Source: Nitrososphaeria archaeon
GTDB lineage: Archaea > Thermoproteota > Nitrososphaeria > JACIWG01
Length of the DNA: 54,406 bases
Direction: 5' to 3'
Assembly (NCBI GenBank): GCA_963752255.1
Contig: CAVVXT010000001.1
Location: 1 to 54,406 of the forward strand
Shown here piece after piece: positions 1 through 10,075 of the stretch (position 1 is its first letter; every line of letters begins with the position of its first letter). Below the pieces are notes generated by a model. It worked only from the letters and a program-made list of their open reading frames with translations, did no database searches and was not told the DNA's origin. Made by a program: the position numbers and the translations under genes.

Positions 1-935
1 GCCATAGAAAATCAATTGACATTTGAAAGTATTCCAGATGGGGACCCATTAAAGTCGGTTGGTGTAAATGAAAAACAGGCTCCTCTGGTTGACTCAACTG
101 GAACACAATTCTCTCACGATGAATTTTTGGCAATCCGATTGGTGTTCCATCATATACCAATGATGCTGTAAGAACAGAAGAAATGATGATATGGGTCTCT
201 ACAATAGAATTTTTCAAGTGAAAATAACCTTCAGAGTTCTTTCAAAACTAGCAACTCAAATAATAATACATTTCTAAACTAGATCGAATTCGAATCGATT
301 CTTCAAAGAAGGCAAGGTTGATTGGTAAACTCTTGAATGATTATGACAATAAAGCAAACCGTATACCAGGTGAAAAATTATCTAGCGGTCTTCCGTGGAG
401 TGAAGAAGAAAAGACGCTCAATCGCTTTCAAGATATGTTCGTTGGATTCATAAAATCTAATGGGCAGCCTGTAGGGCTACCGATAGACCTTGGTTTTGTA
501 GGCTTTGAACTTGACGCAAATAACAATCCTCAAATAGCCTTAACAAAGGTAGGAGCCCAATTTGCCGCAATAACTAATCCGGTGATTGACTCAAAGAAAT
601 TGCAATTCGAAACTACTCTTTCAGATGAAGAAATCGATTTCTATCTTTCATATATAGGGCGTTGGATGCCTTTGGAGCAGAGGCTCTATTCCATAATCAT
701 AAGTTCAATAAATAAAGAGAAGAATACACCAGAACAACTTGATTCAATATTGAAAGGTGAATTAAGCGAAGAGGGATTTGGAGAAAAAGGACTTACTAGT
801 GAAAGAGCTGGTCTTTTAAGTAGACTTACAGAGCTTGGTATGATTAATAGAAGACGATTTGGGTTTAAAGTATTTTATGGCTTAACCAGCAAAGGAAAGA
901 AATTTCTTGATACAATTGGGGGAGAACTACATTGA
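1..935 (+). CDS. Hypothetical DNA-binding protein with C-terminal winged helix; 5'-partial and frameshifted upstream of 318
   Basis: ORF 318-935 ends in wHTH-like GLLSRLTELGMINRRRFGFKVFYGLTSKGKKFL. Upstream bases read AIENQLTFES (frame 1) and LYNRIFQVKITFRVL (shifted frame), so the gene runs off the window start. Confidence 0.6.
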
Positions 936-966
936 ACGCGAATAATAACATTCTGAGGTTATCAAT

Positions 967-3277
967 TTGAGAAAACTTTGTATGAAGTTAGCTAATGCGG
1001 ACTCAGAAGAAGAAGTTATTTCTATTTTAAGAAGCCAGACTATTGGGATAATCAGAAAAATTGGGAGACTATATGGAGACATAGAAAACAACTTCTCAGT
1101 GATAGGAAATCAACAGAGTTTACCTGAATCAGCAATTGTCGAGAAACTTATCAACTCTGTTGATGCTGTATTAATGAGAGAATGTTTAAGGAGACGAATT
1201 GATCCAGAAAGTTCGGAAGCCCCCAGAAAATATAATTAAGGCTCTCGAAGAGTTTTTCAAAGTAAGTCAGGGTAATCTTTGGAACGCTACTGCGATTTCA
1301 AGAACAAAACTGGCAGAAAACATAAGTTTTGTTGCAACAGGTAAGAAAGAAAATCCGTGCTATTCAATAATAGATATTGGTGAAGGCCAAACTCCGAAGA
1401 AAATGCCCGATACATTCCTTTCTTTGTCTAAGTCAAACAAATTAAGAATCCCTTTTGTGCAAGGAAAATTCAATATGGGTGGCACAGGTGTTTTTCAATT
1501 TTCAGGTCAAAATAATTTACAACTAATTGTTAGCAAAAGAGACCCGAAATTGCTAAAATTGAAAATGATGACACAAAGATTTTTGGGGTTTTACTATTGT
1601 GAGGAGGGAAGACCCAAAAGAAGGAAGGAAGAGTTCAGCATATACTTACTTACGATTGATGGATAAATTCCAATGTTCAAAGCTGATTCGCTACCTTTGT
1701 TACCTGGTGATTATCCTAAAGCTTATGACAAATCAATAGAATGGGGAACACTCATAAAACTTTACGAATATCAAATACCTGGATTTAAAACTAATATTAA
1801 ATTTGACCTTTACTATAGAATTTGTTTACTTCTACCTGAAATCGCTCTTCCAGTTAGATTTTACGAGAGGAGAAGTGGGTACAGCGGGCATTCATTTGAA
1901 ACTACAATGTCTGGCCTTTTTGTAAGACTTTTTGAAGATAAGAGGGCTAATTTAGAAGAAGGATTTCCGAATTCATGTACAATTTCTGTTTCTGGAGAGA
2001 AGATGTCTTGTCAAATATTCGCATTTAAAAAAGGCCAATCTGAAAAGTATAGGAGAGATGAAGGAATAATTTTCATATAAATGGTCAAACACACGGCCAT
2101 CTTCCCCTAATATTTTTTAAACGAAATCTGTTCGAATGGCATATCTTGCTGATTCATTCTAGTTACTGTCGATTGCGGGAATTTTAGCGGTAGAAATAGA
2201 GAAGATTTGTTCATGAATAGTAGAGACAGACTCAGAGGCGGAGATTTTAGGGATCAAATCGAAAGGAAATTAGAAGAGTTATTGGCTAACCATCCTGGTC
2301 TTAGAGCTCTAAGAGAAAAAAGGAGAAGAGAAGAAATCCAAAGTAAATTAGAGGATTCCCGACCTTTAAAAGAGATATTAGAAGATATATTAAAGAAATC
2401 CCCAGCTTTAGCTTCCCTTTTAGTTCCTGGAGTAAAAATAAAAACACCATTTGACCTTAGAAAAGTTAACGAACAGGAAGAGGAATATGTTGGTAAAGAA
2501 TTCCCAACATACTTCAAAATATTACAGAAAGGAATTAAACAATGCCCTATCAATACTAAGTTTAGAATACAATACGAAACTGATGCAGCAAATGATTATT
2601 TCGAAAGAAGTAGCTTACGCGGTGAGTTTGAATTATATATTCAAGAAGAAGAAATCACGGACTACATTTTAAATCTATGGAATGGTCTTGCAAATTTGAC
2701 AGTTAGTCTTCCTGAGAAAGTAAAAGTTGGAGATATACTGAACTACAAATCTGTTGTGAATGACCAATCACAATTCAGACCATTCGAACATCAATTTCAA
2801 GTTAATGTATTAGAGGAATTAAAGACATCTACTGAAGAGATCAAAGAACCTAGGGAAAAAGGAAAAGCGCCATCAGAAAAAGACGGAAATGATCGATTGA
2901 TTCCGTCAGGTCTGTCCCTACCTGAATTACACGAAATTCGTAAAGAACGTTGGTCAGAATTCAGTTTTAATGAGAATAGTGCATTAAAACCTCAAGAAAG
3001 TGGTGAAGGGGGTTATGACTTCTATATAAATATGGATAACATATGTCTTCTTTCAGAAATCAAGGCGAAAAGTTATGTCGATGTGAAACTGCTCCAAGAA
3101 AGATACAAGTATGCTTTGGCTCTCATTGGCCTAGCACTCTTAAAAGAATATGCCAATGACAAAGAAAAAGAAGTTGATCAAGATATCCTTAAGGATGTAG
3201 AAGTAATAACGACCAAATTATCACCTATCATTTTACCTATGATATCATATCTTGGAGAGTTAGAAATTGGAAGTTAA
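967..3277 (+). CDS. GHKL (HATPase_c; MORC/Hsp90/TopoVIB-like) ATPase, ~770 aa, broken into four ORFs by frameshifts
   Basis: N-box VEKLINSVDA (~1138-1167), G1 IDIGEG (~1370-1387), G2 QGKFNMGGTG (~1460-1489). ORFs 967-1239, 1199-1666, 1673-2080 and 2207-3277 join into one continuous protein-like reading across frame changes. Confidence 0.7.
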
Positions 3278-3282
3278 ATAAT

Positions 3283-3549
3283 ATGGGAAAAAGTATCATA
3301 TTTGCTCTCCTAGGAATAGGTATCAGCATAGCTATTAGTTTAGGTCCAATAGGGAGTATATTCTTTGGTCTAGGTATAGGGGCAGCTGGTCTCATAGCAT
3401 TCGGTCAATTTCTCTCAAGTGTAGGTCAAATATTTGGTTTACAACAACTCATGAATTCTGGGTACTCAATTATATCGTCTGGCGCAGTTATTATAGTACT
3501 TCTGATAATTCTTGCAGTTGCATTGTACGTTATAAAGGAGCGTTCATAG
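3283..3549 (+). CDS. Small membrane protein (88 aa, 2-3 TM helices)
   Basis: ATG 5 nt after the upstream stop; Gly-rich hydrophobic segments; basic C-terminus. Confidence 0.65.
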   Translation: MGKSIIFALLGIGISIAISLGPIGSIFFGLGIGAAGLIAFGQFLSSVGQIFGLQQLMNSGYSIISSGAVIIVLLIILAVALYVIKERS

Positions 3550-3619
3550 GGCTGGACAAAGAATAAAAGGCTTGTCTAGATAAAAAAAAGTGTAGCTTAG
3601 ACTTTCTAAGTTTCCCTTT

Positions 3620-4789
3620 TTATTTGGCAAGAAATGTGTAGACATCTTGGAGTTCTTTAACCCATTCTGTGCACTTTGTTACAAGTTCTGCGGTATAAAG
3701 ACTAGGGTCTCCTAATTTAATTGTAGGACATAAGATTCTGACAACGGGATAGTTAATTTTAGAAAGTGTTTCAATTAGGAATTTGACAGTGCTATGGTCC
3801 ACATAGCCTACATTAAATGAGCATATAAGGTGCCACGGCCAATCTTTACGTCTAGGTCTCTTTTTTTCGTGAATTTGCTCCCAGATAATGACTTTATACT
3901 CTTCATTAATGTCGTGTAATTTCTTTAGGTTAGTAAGAAAAATGTCTGGTTCTGATTTAAGTTTTTGTATAAACATATTAGTCACTTTCAATGATTCCAT
4001 TGTTATCATGCAATCTACTTCATCACTTCGCACATGAAACGTAAAATGAGGAACAGAAGCTAAATCCTTTTTCTCAGATTCAGCTAAGAAGAACCAACAA
4101 TCATCTCTTCTAAATCCTCTTACAGGTAGATTAACCACCAATCTTCTAGAATCAATGGCAGGGAAGTCTTTTGGATGTGTCTGAACATATTTCTCTATTC
4201 CTTCAACTAATAGTTGTATCTTTTTCTTTACAATATCCTTTCTTTTCGCGGCTTTTCCACTAAAGTAGTCAAGGTCAATCCGTTCAAACCCTTTGAAAGA
4301 GTACAACGTTTCGTATTCCAGCTGATTTACAATCTCTTCGTACAATTCACTATATCTGTTTGTGGGAACCGCTTTACTAATAATTTTACAATCTTGCCAT
4401 TGGGTTGCGACACTAATAATGCCTATCCCTTTAGCTTCACAAAGGTTTATTATTCTATCCCATTCCCTATGATTAGTCTTTTTATAGGGTTCAATTTCAT
4501 TATTTGGCAGAGCCAAGTAAGCTTCATTGCAAACCTTTTGGTACATTTCAGCTTGTGATATTCCTTGTAATATGTTTCCTGGCGATATCTCATTTTTAGC
4601 TTCAACTGCAATTACGTACTTATTTCTATCATGTACTATGCCTGCAACATCAATCTTCCAACCTTTTAATATGTCAAATGTAATCTTATTTATTGCAGTT
4701 TCGCAACCTAGGAAATTGGTATCATGCTCTAAGAATTCAGCAATTGGAGGATACATCTGATCCTCTTTGGGAAAGCTCAATGTAACCAA
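3620..4789 (-). CDS. PD-(D/E)XK nuclease (DUF2161/MmcB-like) fused to an uncharacterised C-terminal domain
   Basis: YPPIAEFLE...IDVAG...VEAK...QAEMYQ...AYLALP...LCEAKGIGIISV matches the restriction-endonuclease-fold pattern. Confidence 0.7.
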   Translation of the reverse strand: MVTLSFPKEDQMYPPIAEFLEHDTNFLGCETAINKITFDILKGWKIDVAGIVHDRNKYVIAVEAKNEISPGNILQGISQAEMYQKVCNEAYLALPNNEIEPYKKTNHREWDRIINLCEAKGIGIISVATQWQDCKIISKAVPTNRYSELYEEIVNQLEYETLYSFKGFERIDLDYFSGKAAKRKDIVKKKIQLLVEGIEKYVQTHPKDFPAIDSRRLVVNLPVRGFRRDDCWFFLAESEKKDLASVPHFTFHVRSDEVDCMITMESLKVTNMFIQKLKSEPDIFLTNLKKLHDINEEYKVIIWEQIHEKKRPRRKDWPWHLICSFNVGYVDHSTVKFLIETLSKINYPVVRILCPTIKLGDPSLYTAELVTKCTEWVKELQDVYTFLAK

Positions 4790-4968
4790 TCTTTGTTATA
4801 CTATGTATCTTATATGCATTTGTTAGTTTAGGTCCTATTCTTTTTGTTCTGATTCTTTCTAACGCAGGTATTTAGTGTACATGTTATATAATATATTTCA
4901 AGATTTTACCTGCTGACTCAGAATAGTGATTTTAACATGTTGTTTAAAGTTAAAACGAGAATGAAGAC

Positions 4969-5961
4969 TTGAAGAAGGCTGATAGTAACATGAATGAGTA
5001 CTTGCTGAAACTCATTTCGCTTTATAAACAAGGCTATTGTTCGTCTAAATACATATACTATCTGATACCAGACTACAAGATAAAGAAAAGGGATGAGAAT
5101 GGAAAGATCACAGAACTGGTACTAGTCGATTCCAAAGATGAATTTGTTAAACTCTGGAATGATGCTTGTGAGTACGCGGGTGATGCTTTAGAAAGAATCA
5201 TGAACATAGGTAAGAATGATTTTGGCGCTGTTAAATCTAATTTTATCCCCAACACCACAATTATTCCTGTTATTGGAGCTATAATGTTGTTCTATGACAA
5301 GAATTATGCGAACGCAATTCCCGAAGAAGAGTTTGACAAAATGCTCAACAAATGGTATTGGTCAACAGTCATATCTGGCGATTACAGTGGCTCGTCAGAT
5401 TCTGTTATGTCTGAAGATTTTAGGGATATAACAACTTGGTTTGAGAAAAAAGACATCTCAAAAATTCGTAGAATAAACAAAGTCAATGAGGAATTTGTGA
5501 AAGGGCTGAACTTAAGAACGTATGATAAAGGCTCAACACTCTACAATTGCTTGTTTTGTTCAATTGCATTAAACAAAGCTGAGGATTTCTACACTACTCG
5601 AACCCTGGATACTGGAAGCTTCAGGAATGAGAGAATTCATGATCATCACATCTTTCCAACAAAAGCAGAAGACTATCCTCAGGAAACAGCGAAGTATTTT
5701 GGTGATTGTCATGACTCGATTTTAAACAGATCACTACTCCTAGACGAAACAAATCAAAGTATCCTAGCCAGTAGGCCATCTCAATACCTAAAGGAGATTA
5801 GGAGAAGAATGGGCGGAGATGCGACCAAGCTAAAGTCATTGATGGAGAAACATCTAATCTCAAATGATGCTCTGCAATATATGGAAAAAGATAACTTCGA
5901 CAACTTTATTGTAGAACGAGAAAAGACCATGAAACAGAAATTGCTGAGTTTATTAACATAG
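4969..5961 (+). pseudogene. C-terminal half of a GmrSD-family (DUF262-DUF1524) type IV restriction endonuclease; DUF262 domain missing
   Basis: His-Me finger motif HDHHIFP...DSILNRSLL...TNQSI...PSQYL and terminal FIVEREK. No QR/DGQQR motifs, and the ORF begins mid-protein. Confidence 0.65.
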
Positions 5962-6265
5962 CATACGCCATAGATTGTACCTTGTGAGTCTGAATACAAC
6001 TGCGGAACCCTTGGTTGATCTAATCATAGCAATAGGTTCATTGATCATTGATTTAGTCATGGATTTCGTCTCAAACCTTGCTTAAATCCATCAAAGGACA
6101 TACAAAAGCTCCTTTAATATTATGATTTAAGAGGAAATAAAGATTTTCATATGATCTTTGAAGATAATAGAAAAGAATGTAAAAAGGTATTCTGCGCTAT
6201 AACTAACGCATACTTTAGTTAGAAAATCTTAGCAAGGAGATACATTTTACAAAAGAGAAACAAAA

Positions 6266-6766
6266 TTATGCTATTGTAGGCTTACCTAATCTCGCTTTCC
6301 TGAATGTCTCAATCATTTTTTTGTTTTTTGTGACTTTGGATATGTATCTGTCTATTGCTCGAAAGAAGTCATGGAAATATGTTATTATGTTGAACTTTAT
6401 TGTTCCATCTTGAAGAATCTCGATTCCACATTGACCAACACCCATAACGATAATTGCGTTCTTTTTTATAGTATATTCATGAGCTAATCCGCATCTGACT
6501 TCATTGTATATCCTCTTTCCTTCGTCTGAATTAATTAGTTTTCGGTAATTATTACCCATATATTCAAAAAAAGCTTTGTACGCATCTGAACTTTTCGTGT
6601 TAGGTTCAACGAGGAGATGTCCCCAAGCTTCTGTATAAATTGATAGACCTGCTGCTATCAGAAAGTTAGCTCCACAGCCTATGGCTAATCTGAGGTCATT
6701 AAACATGAAAAGTCTTGTTTTACTAAGGAATTCAACTTCCTCTTTTCTAAGCATCTCGAAAATCAC
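6266..6766 (-). CDS. Stand-alone HEPN-domain protein (putative RNase)
   Basis: R-x4-H motif in IYNEVRCGLAHEY; helical 166-aa protein. Confidence 0.65.
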   Translation of the reverse strand: MIFEMLRKEEVEFLSKTRLFMFNDLRLAIGCGANFLIAAGLSIYTEAWGHLLVEPNTKSSDAYKAFFEYMGNNYRKLINSDEGKRIYNEVRCGLAHEYTIKKNAIIVMGVGQCGIEILQDGTIKFNIITYFHDFFRAIDRYISKVTKNKKMIETFRKARLGKPTIA

Positions 6767-6892
6767 ATTACAGGTATAATTATATCTGATTAAGATAAGG
6801 CTTTCCTTTCTGACAAGAATACAAGTAGATATTTTGAATTAAGGTACGAAAAAGTAATCAATAGACTTAAAAGAGCTAAAGGTGAAATTTGA

Positions 6893-7240
6893 TTGGAGGA
6901 TATAGAATTGATTGTAACTAAATACACATTACCTAACGGGAACGTGTTTATTTGGCTTGGGACAGGTGGAATCTGGACGAGTAGCAAGGGTGTAGATAAT
7001 ATTCTAGTTCTAGAGGGTGGTGACGTATTATTCCTTAAAACTATCAAAGAAGTGTCTCTGTGGAAGGATGAAGTTAAAGAGGATATTGAGAAACTCAGCT
7101 TTGACGAGTTTGTTAAGAAATATGATGTACCTAATAATAGAGACCTATGGATGGACTTAAAAGAGGGGGTGAAAATGGGAAGTTACCCACCGTTCGTCAA
7201 CATTGATCAGAAGTTAGCTCTATTTAGAAATATGATATAA
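6893..7240 (+). CDS. Hypothetical protein
   Basis: 115-aa ORF with GGTGA ribosome-binding-like site upstream of TTG; no recognised motif. Confidence 0.55.
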   Translation: MEDIELIVTKYTLPNGNVFIWLGTGGIWTSSKGVDNILVLEGGDVLFLKTIKEVSLWKDEVKEDIEKLSFDEFVKKYDVPNNRDLWMDLKEGVKMGSYPPFVNIDQKLALFRNMI

Positions 7241-7454
7241 ACGTATATTGCAAGTTCATTGCAACTAACTTCTCCAGATAAGAAATTATCATTGCTTAAG
7301 GATATTATTCATGAATGCCAGATGGGAATAGAAAAGCTCACAGATAAAACATGAAGGGCTATCAAAATATAGAGAGTGGATGTTATTAATTTAAATAGGT
7401 ACAAGTTTACGGAAAATTAAGCAAACCAATTCACATAACAAAAAGTCAGATTAC

Positions 7455-8774
7455 CTATTTTCTTATTAGGACTCTTCGGCTTGGCAGTACGCTGACGAAC
7501 TGCCATCCGTCTTTGAGGTAGGATTCGAGCTCTTTCTCTTCAACTATTACCTGCGGGTCAGGCTGCTCCCTCATCTTCTTCATTTCAGATTCAAACAGCT
7601 CGATTGTTTCGTCTTGTGTCAGCTCTTTGTTCTCTTCCTTTTCCTTAGCTACCTTCAATTCAAGCAAGTCTATCCCGAACATCGTCTTCGCTATGCTCTT
7701 CAATGCTTCGATCTTCGCTTCCTTGACTATCGTGGTCTGCTCCGTCGGCTGGGCGACTGTGGATAGGAACGGCTCACATCGCCTGTACGCTTCCCTTATG
7801 TCTTCGATCATGTCCGGTGGAAGTCTGCCTTTGTTCGTGGAGTATCTTGCTTCAATGTCTCCCTTATGTCCAGCAATGAATTGAAGATAGGGATGAGAAA
7901 TCTTTGCTTTCGACTCCGCGATGATTAGCTGTGTTTCAGCGTATGCTCTGAGAACATAAGGCCTCTTATGTACACCTGCTTTACGCATCGCTTTCCTAAT
8001 AAGTTCAGTTATCTTTCTTGTGAGCATGAATGGTTTGGTTTCAGCATCGGTTCTCTCGTGTGCGATCAATGGACTATTAGGAGTCAACTCTTCATTTGTT
8101 CTAATCCTCTCTTCAAGGTATTCCTTCAAGTATGTGCAACCTTCGCTTGAAAGGAAAGTGAAGTACTTGTGTCGTGCCTTACTCAACGGCGCCCTAACAA
8201 TTATCATAGTTGGCATCTTATCGAAAACAACCTGTTCATTACCAATTCTTACTTCAGGTAGGTCGCCTAATTTTAGTCCGTCAGAGCCGTTATAGTTGCC
8301 AATTGATTCTGGCCTTAAGTCCGCGAATGCAATCAACACAGCCGCCAATCTTGCTCTATTCGAGGAATTTCTGAATATTCTCGCTAACTCTTCTTGTGAT
8401 GGTACCTGCTCGTCTTCTATGGTCGGCGTAGATGAGGGGTTTCTGATCTTGATCTTACGTGTAAGCGTGATATCGTTGTACTTTAGCCAGGACCTTATAT
8501 TTTTGAGTATTCCGGCAATGTATTGAGGCGCTTTATTCTCTTCTTCAAGTTTTTTAACTAAGTCTTCAAGACTGTCTTGGAACGTCTTCATATCTTCTCT
8601 TGCATGTATAACAATTTCATTTGGGGTAAGCTTTAGAAGTTCGCACGCTCTTCCTAGCCTTCTGAGCGCGACCTCTGCGGTGAGCGGGCTGCCACGCTCT
8701 ATGTTATCGAGCCATCGTCTTACATCGGGCAGGATGTTATCGTATTTTGAATTTTCTTTGCGCGGCATTTTCAC
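7455..8774 (-). CDS. Tyrosine recombinase / site-specific integrase
   Basis: Catalytic set DLRPES (R), SKARHK (K), RPYVLR (YxxR), AGHKG (H), EARYS (Y); adjacent to a tRNA fragment. Confidence 0.9.
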   Translation of the reverse strand: MKMPRKENSKYDNILPDVRRWLDNIERGSPLTAEVALRRLGRACELLKLTPNEIVIHAREDMKTFQDSLEDLVKKLEEENKAPQYIAGILKNIRSWLKYNDITLTRKIKIRNPSSTPTIEDEQVPSQEELARIFRNSSNRARLAAVLIAFADLRPESIGNYNGSDGLKLGDLPEVRIGNEQVVFDKMPTMIIVRAPLSKARHKYFTFLSSEGCTYLKEYLEERIRTNEELTPNSPLIAHERTDAETKPFMLTRKITELIRKAMRKAGVHKRPYVLRAYAETQLIIAESKAKISHPYLQFIAGHKGDIEARYSTNKGRLPPDMIEDIREAYRRCEPFLSTVAQPTEQTTIVKEAKIEALKSIAKTMFGIDLLELKVAKEKEENKELTQDETIELFESEMKKMREQPDPQVIVEEKELESYLKDGWQFVSVLPSRRVLIRK

Positions 8775-8796
8775 ACATCTGCTATCTAATATCTGC

Positions 8797-8804
8797 TAAA
8801 TAAA
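8797..8804 (-). promoter_or_regulatory. Putative TATA box of the integrase (leaderless-type spacing)
   Basis: TTTATTTA on the minus strand about 23 nt upstream of the GTG at 8774. Confidence 0.5.
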
Positions 8805-8823
8805 GTATTCGCACTTAATTGTA

Positions 8824-8863
8824 GGCGGGCCCGGTGGGATTTGAACCCACAACCTACAGCTTA
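8824..8863 (-). tRNA. Orphan 3' half of a tRNA (probably Arg, UCU/CCU); att core, not a complete gene
   Basis: Minus strand reads TAAGCTGTAGGTTGTGGGTTCAAATCCCACCGGGCCCGCC: perfect T-arm GTGGG/CCCAC, TTCAAAT loop, acceptor strand CGGGCCC plus G discriminator. No 5' half seen upstream. Confidence 0.75.
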
Positions 8864-9091
8864 CCGATTGACTAGCATCTCTTCGATCAATACCTAATCA
8901 CTATGCCTCACGAATATTTTGAGACCAATGTTGAAGCAGAGTGACAGGAGGTTCCAGAAATCTGGGAGAGATACAGTAGTATGGGAGAGAAATCTTTGTT
9001 GATGGGGATTATTTATCATAATCTCTACGATTTGCTAAGAAGTGCATATATAGGCGATGGAATTGGATGCATAGTTCATAGGTGACTTAAC

Positions 9092-10075
9092 ATGGTTGAA
9101 GATCTGGTAATTGAAACAAAAGGGCTTCGAAAGACTTTCATCTCTAAAGAGAGGGGCGGGAAAAAAGAGGTAGAAGCAGTTAAGGGTATAGATCTCACTG
9201 TTAGGAAAGGGGAAATCTTCGGTTTTCTCGGCCCTAATGGTGCTGGTAAGTCTACCACACAGAAAATGCTTTCTACACTGCTGTGTCCAACTGGTGGGGA
9301 AGCCAAGGTCCTTGGATATGACTTAGCAGAACAGCAGGAACAGATTAGACAGAACGTTGGATGCGTGAGCCAAGCCGGCGGAGCTGATTTAGGTGCTACA
9401 GGTCTTGAGAACCTAGTCCTCCAAGCTCAGCTGTACGGCTTAGATACTTCAACTGCAAAGAAATACGCGGCCGAATTCGTGGAGCGTTTCCAGATGAGCT
9501 CATTCATAGAGAGGCCGGCCTCGTCCTATTCCGGTGGCCAAAAGCGTCGCCTAGACGTTGCGCTTGGGATGATTCACCATCCACAACTACTTCTCCTCGA
9601 TGAGCCGACATCAGGTCTTGATCCGCAGAGCAGAGCATATCTGTGGGAAGAAATAAAAAAACTGAAAGCTGAAGGAGTCACCATATTTTTGACCACCCAG
9701 TACATGGATGAAGCTGACAAGCTCTGCGACACGATAGCGATCATAGATAACGGAAAAATTATTGTGACTGGAACGCCAGGGGAGTTGAAAAGCAACGTTG
9801 GCGGCGACACGATAGTTTTTAGTTTTCCATCAGAGGAGACCGCTCGCAATGCTGAAACTTTGTTAAAAGAGAAGATTCAGGTGGAGAAGATCCAAACCAA
9901 CAACAATTCAGTCTATCTATACATTAAAGATGGAGAGAGAATGTTGCCTGACCTCCTGCGATCATTCGATACAAAAAACCTAGAGGTGCAGAGCATCATG
10001 TTGTCCAGGCCGAGTCTAGATGACGTCTTCTTAAAGTACACTGGTCGTTCACTGAGGGAGGATGAAAGAAAATGA
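9092..10075 (+). CDS. ABC exporter ATP-binding subunit (DrrA-like)
   Basis: Walker A GPNGAGKST, signature YSGGQ, Walker B LLLLDEPT, C-terminal PSLDDVFLKYTG. Confidence 0.92.
   Translation: MVEDLVIETKGLRKTFISKERGGKKEVEAVKGIDLTVRKGEIFGFLGPNGAGKSTTQKMLSTLLCPTGGEAKVLGYDLAEQQEQIRQNVGCVSQAGGADLGATGLENLVLQAQLYGLDTSTAKKYAAEFVERFQMSSFIERPASSYSGGQKRRLDVALGMIHHPQLLLLDEPTSGLDPQSRAYLWEEIKKLKAEGVTIFLTTQYMDEADKLCDTIAIIDNGKIIVTGTPGELKSNVGGDTIVFSFPSEETARNAETLLKEKIQVEKIQTNNNSVYLYIKDGERMLPDLLRSFDTKNLEVQSIMLSRPSLDDVFLKYTGRSLREDERK

Larger units (their letters stand above)
1..8863. mobile_element. Integrative element / defence island (left end outside window)
   Basis: Tyrosine integrase next to a tRNA 3'-half att-like site, AT-rich sequence, cargo of nuclease, GmrSD, HEPN and GHKL genes. 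Confidence 0.75.
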
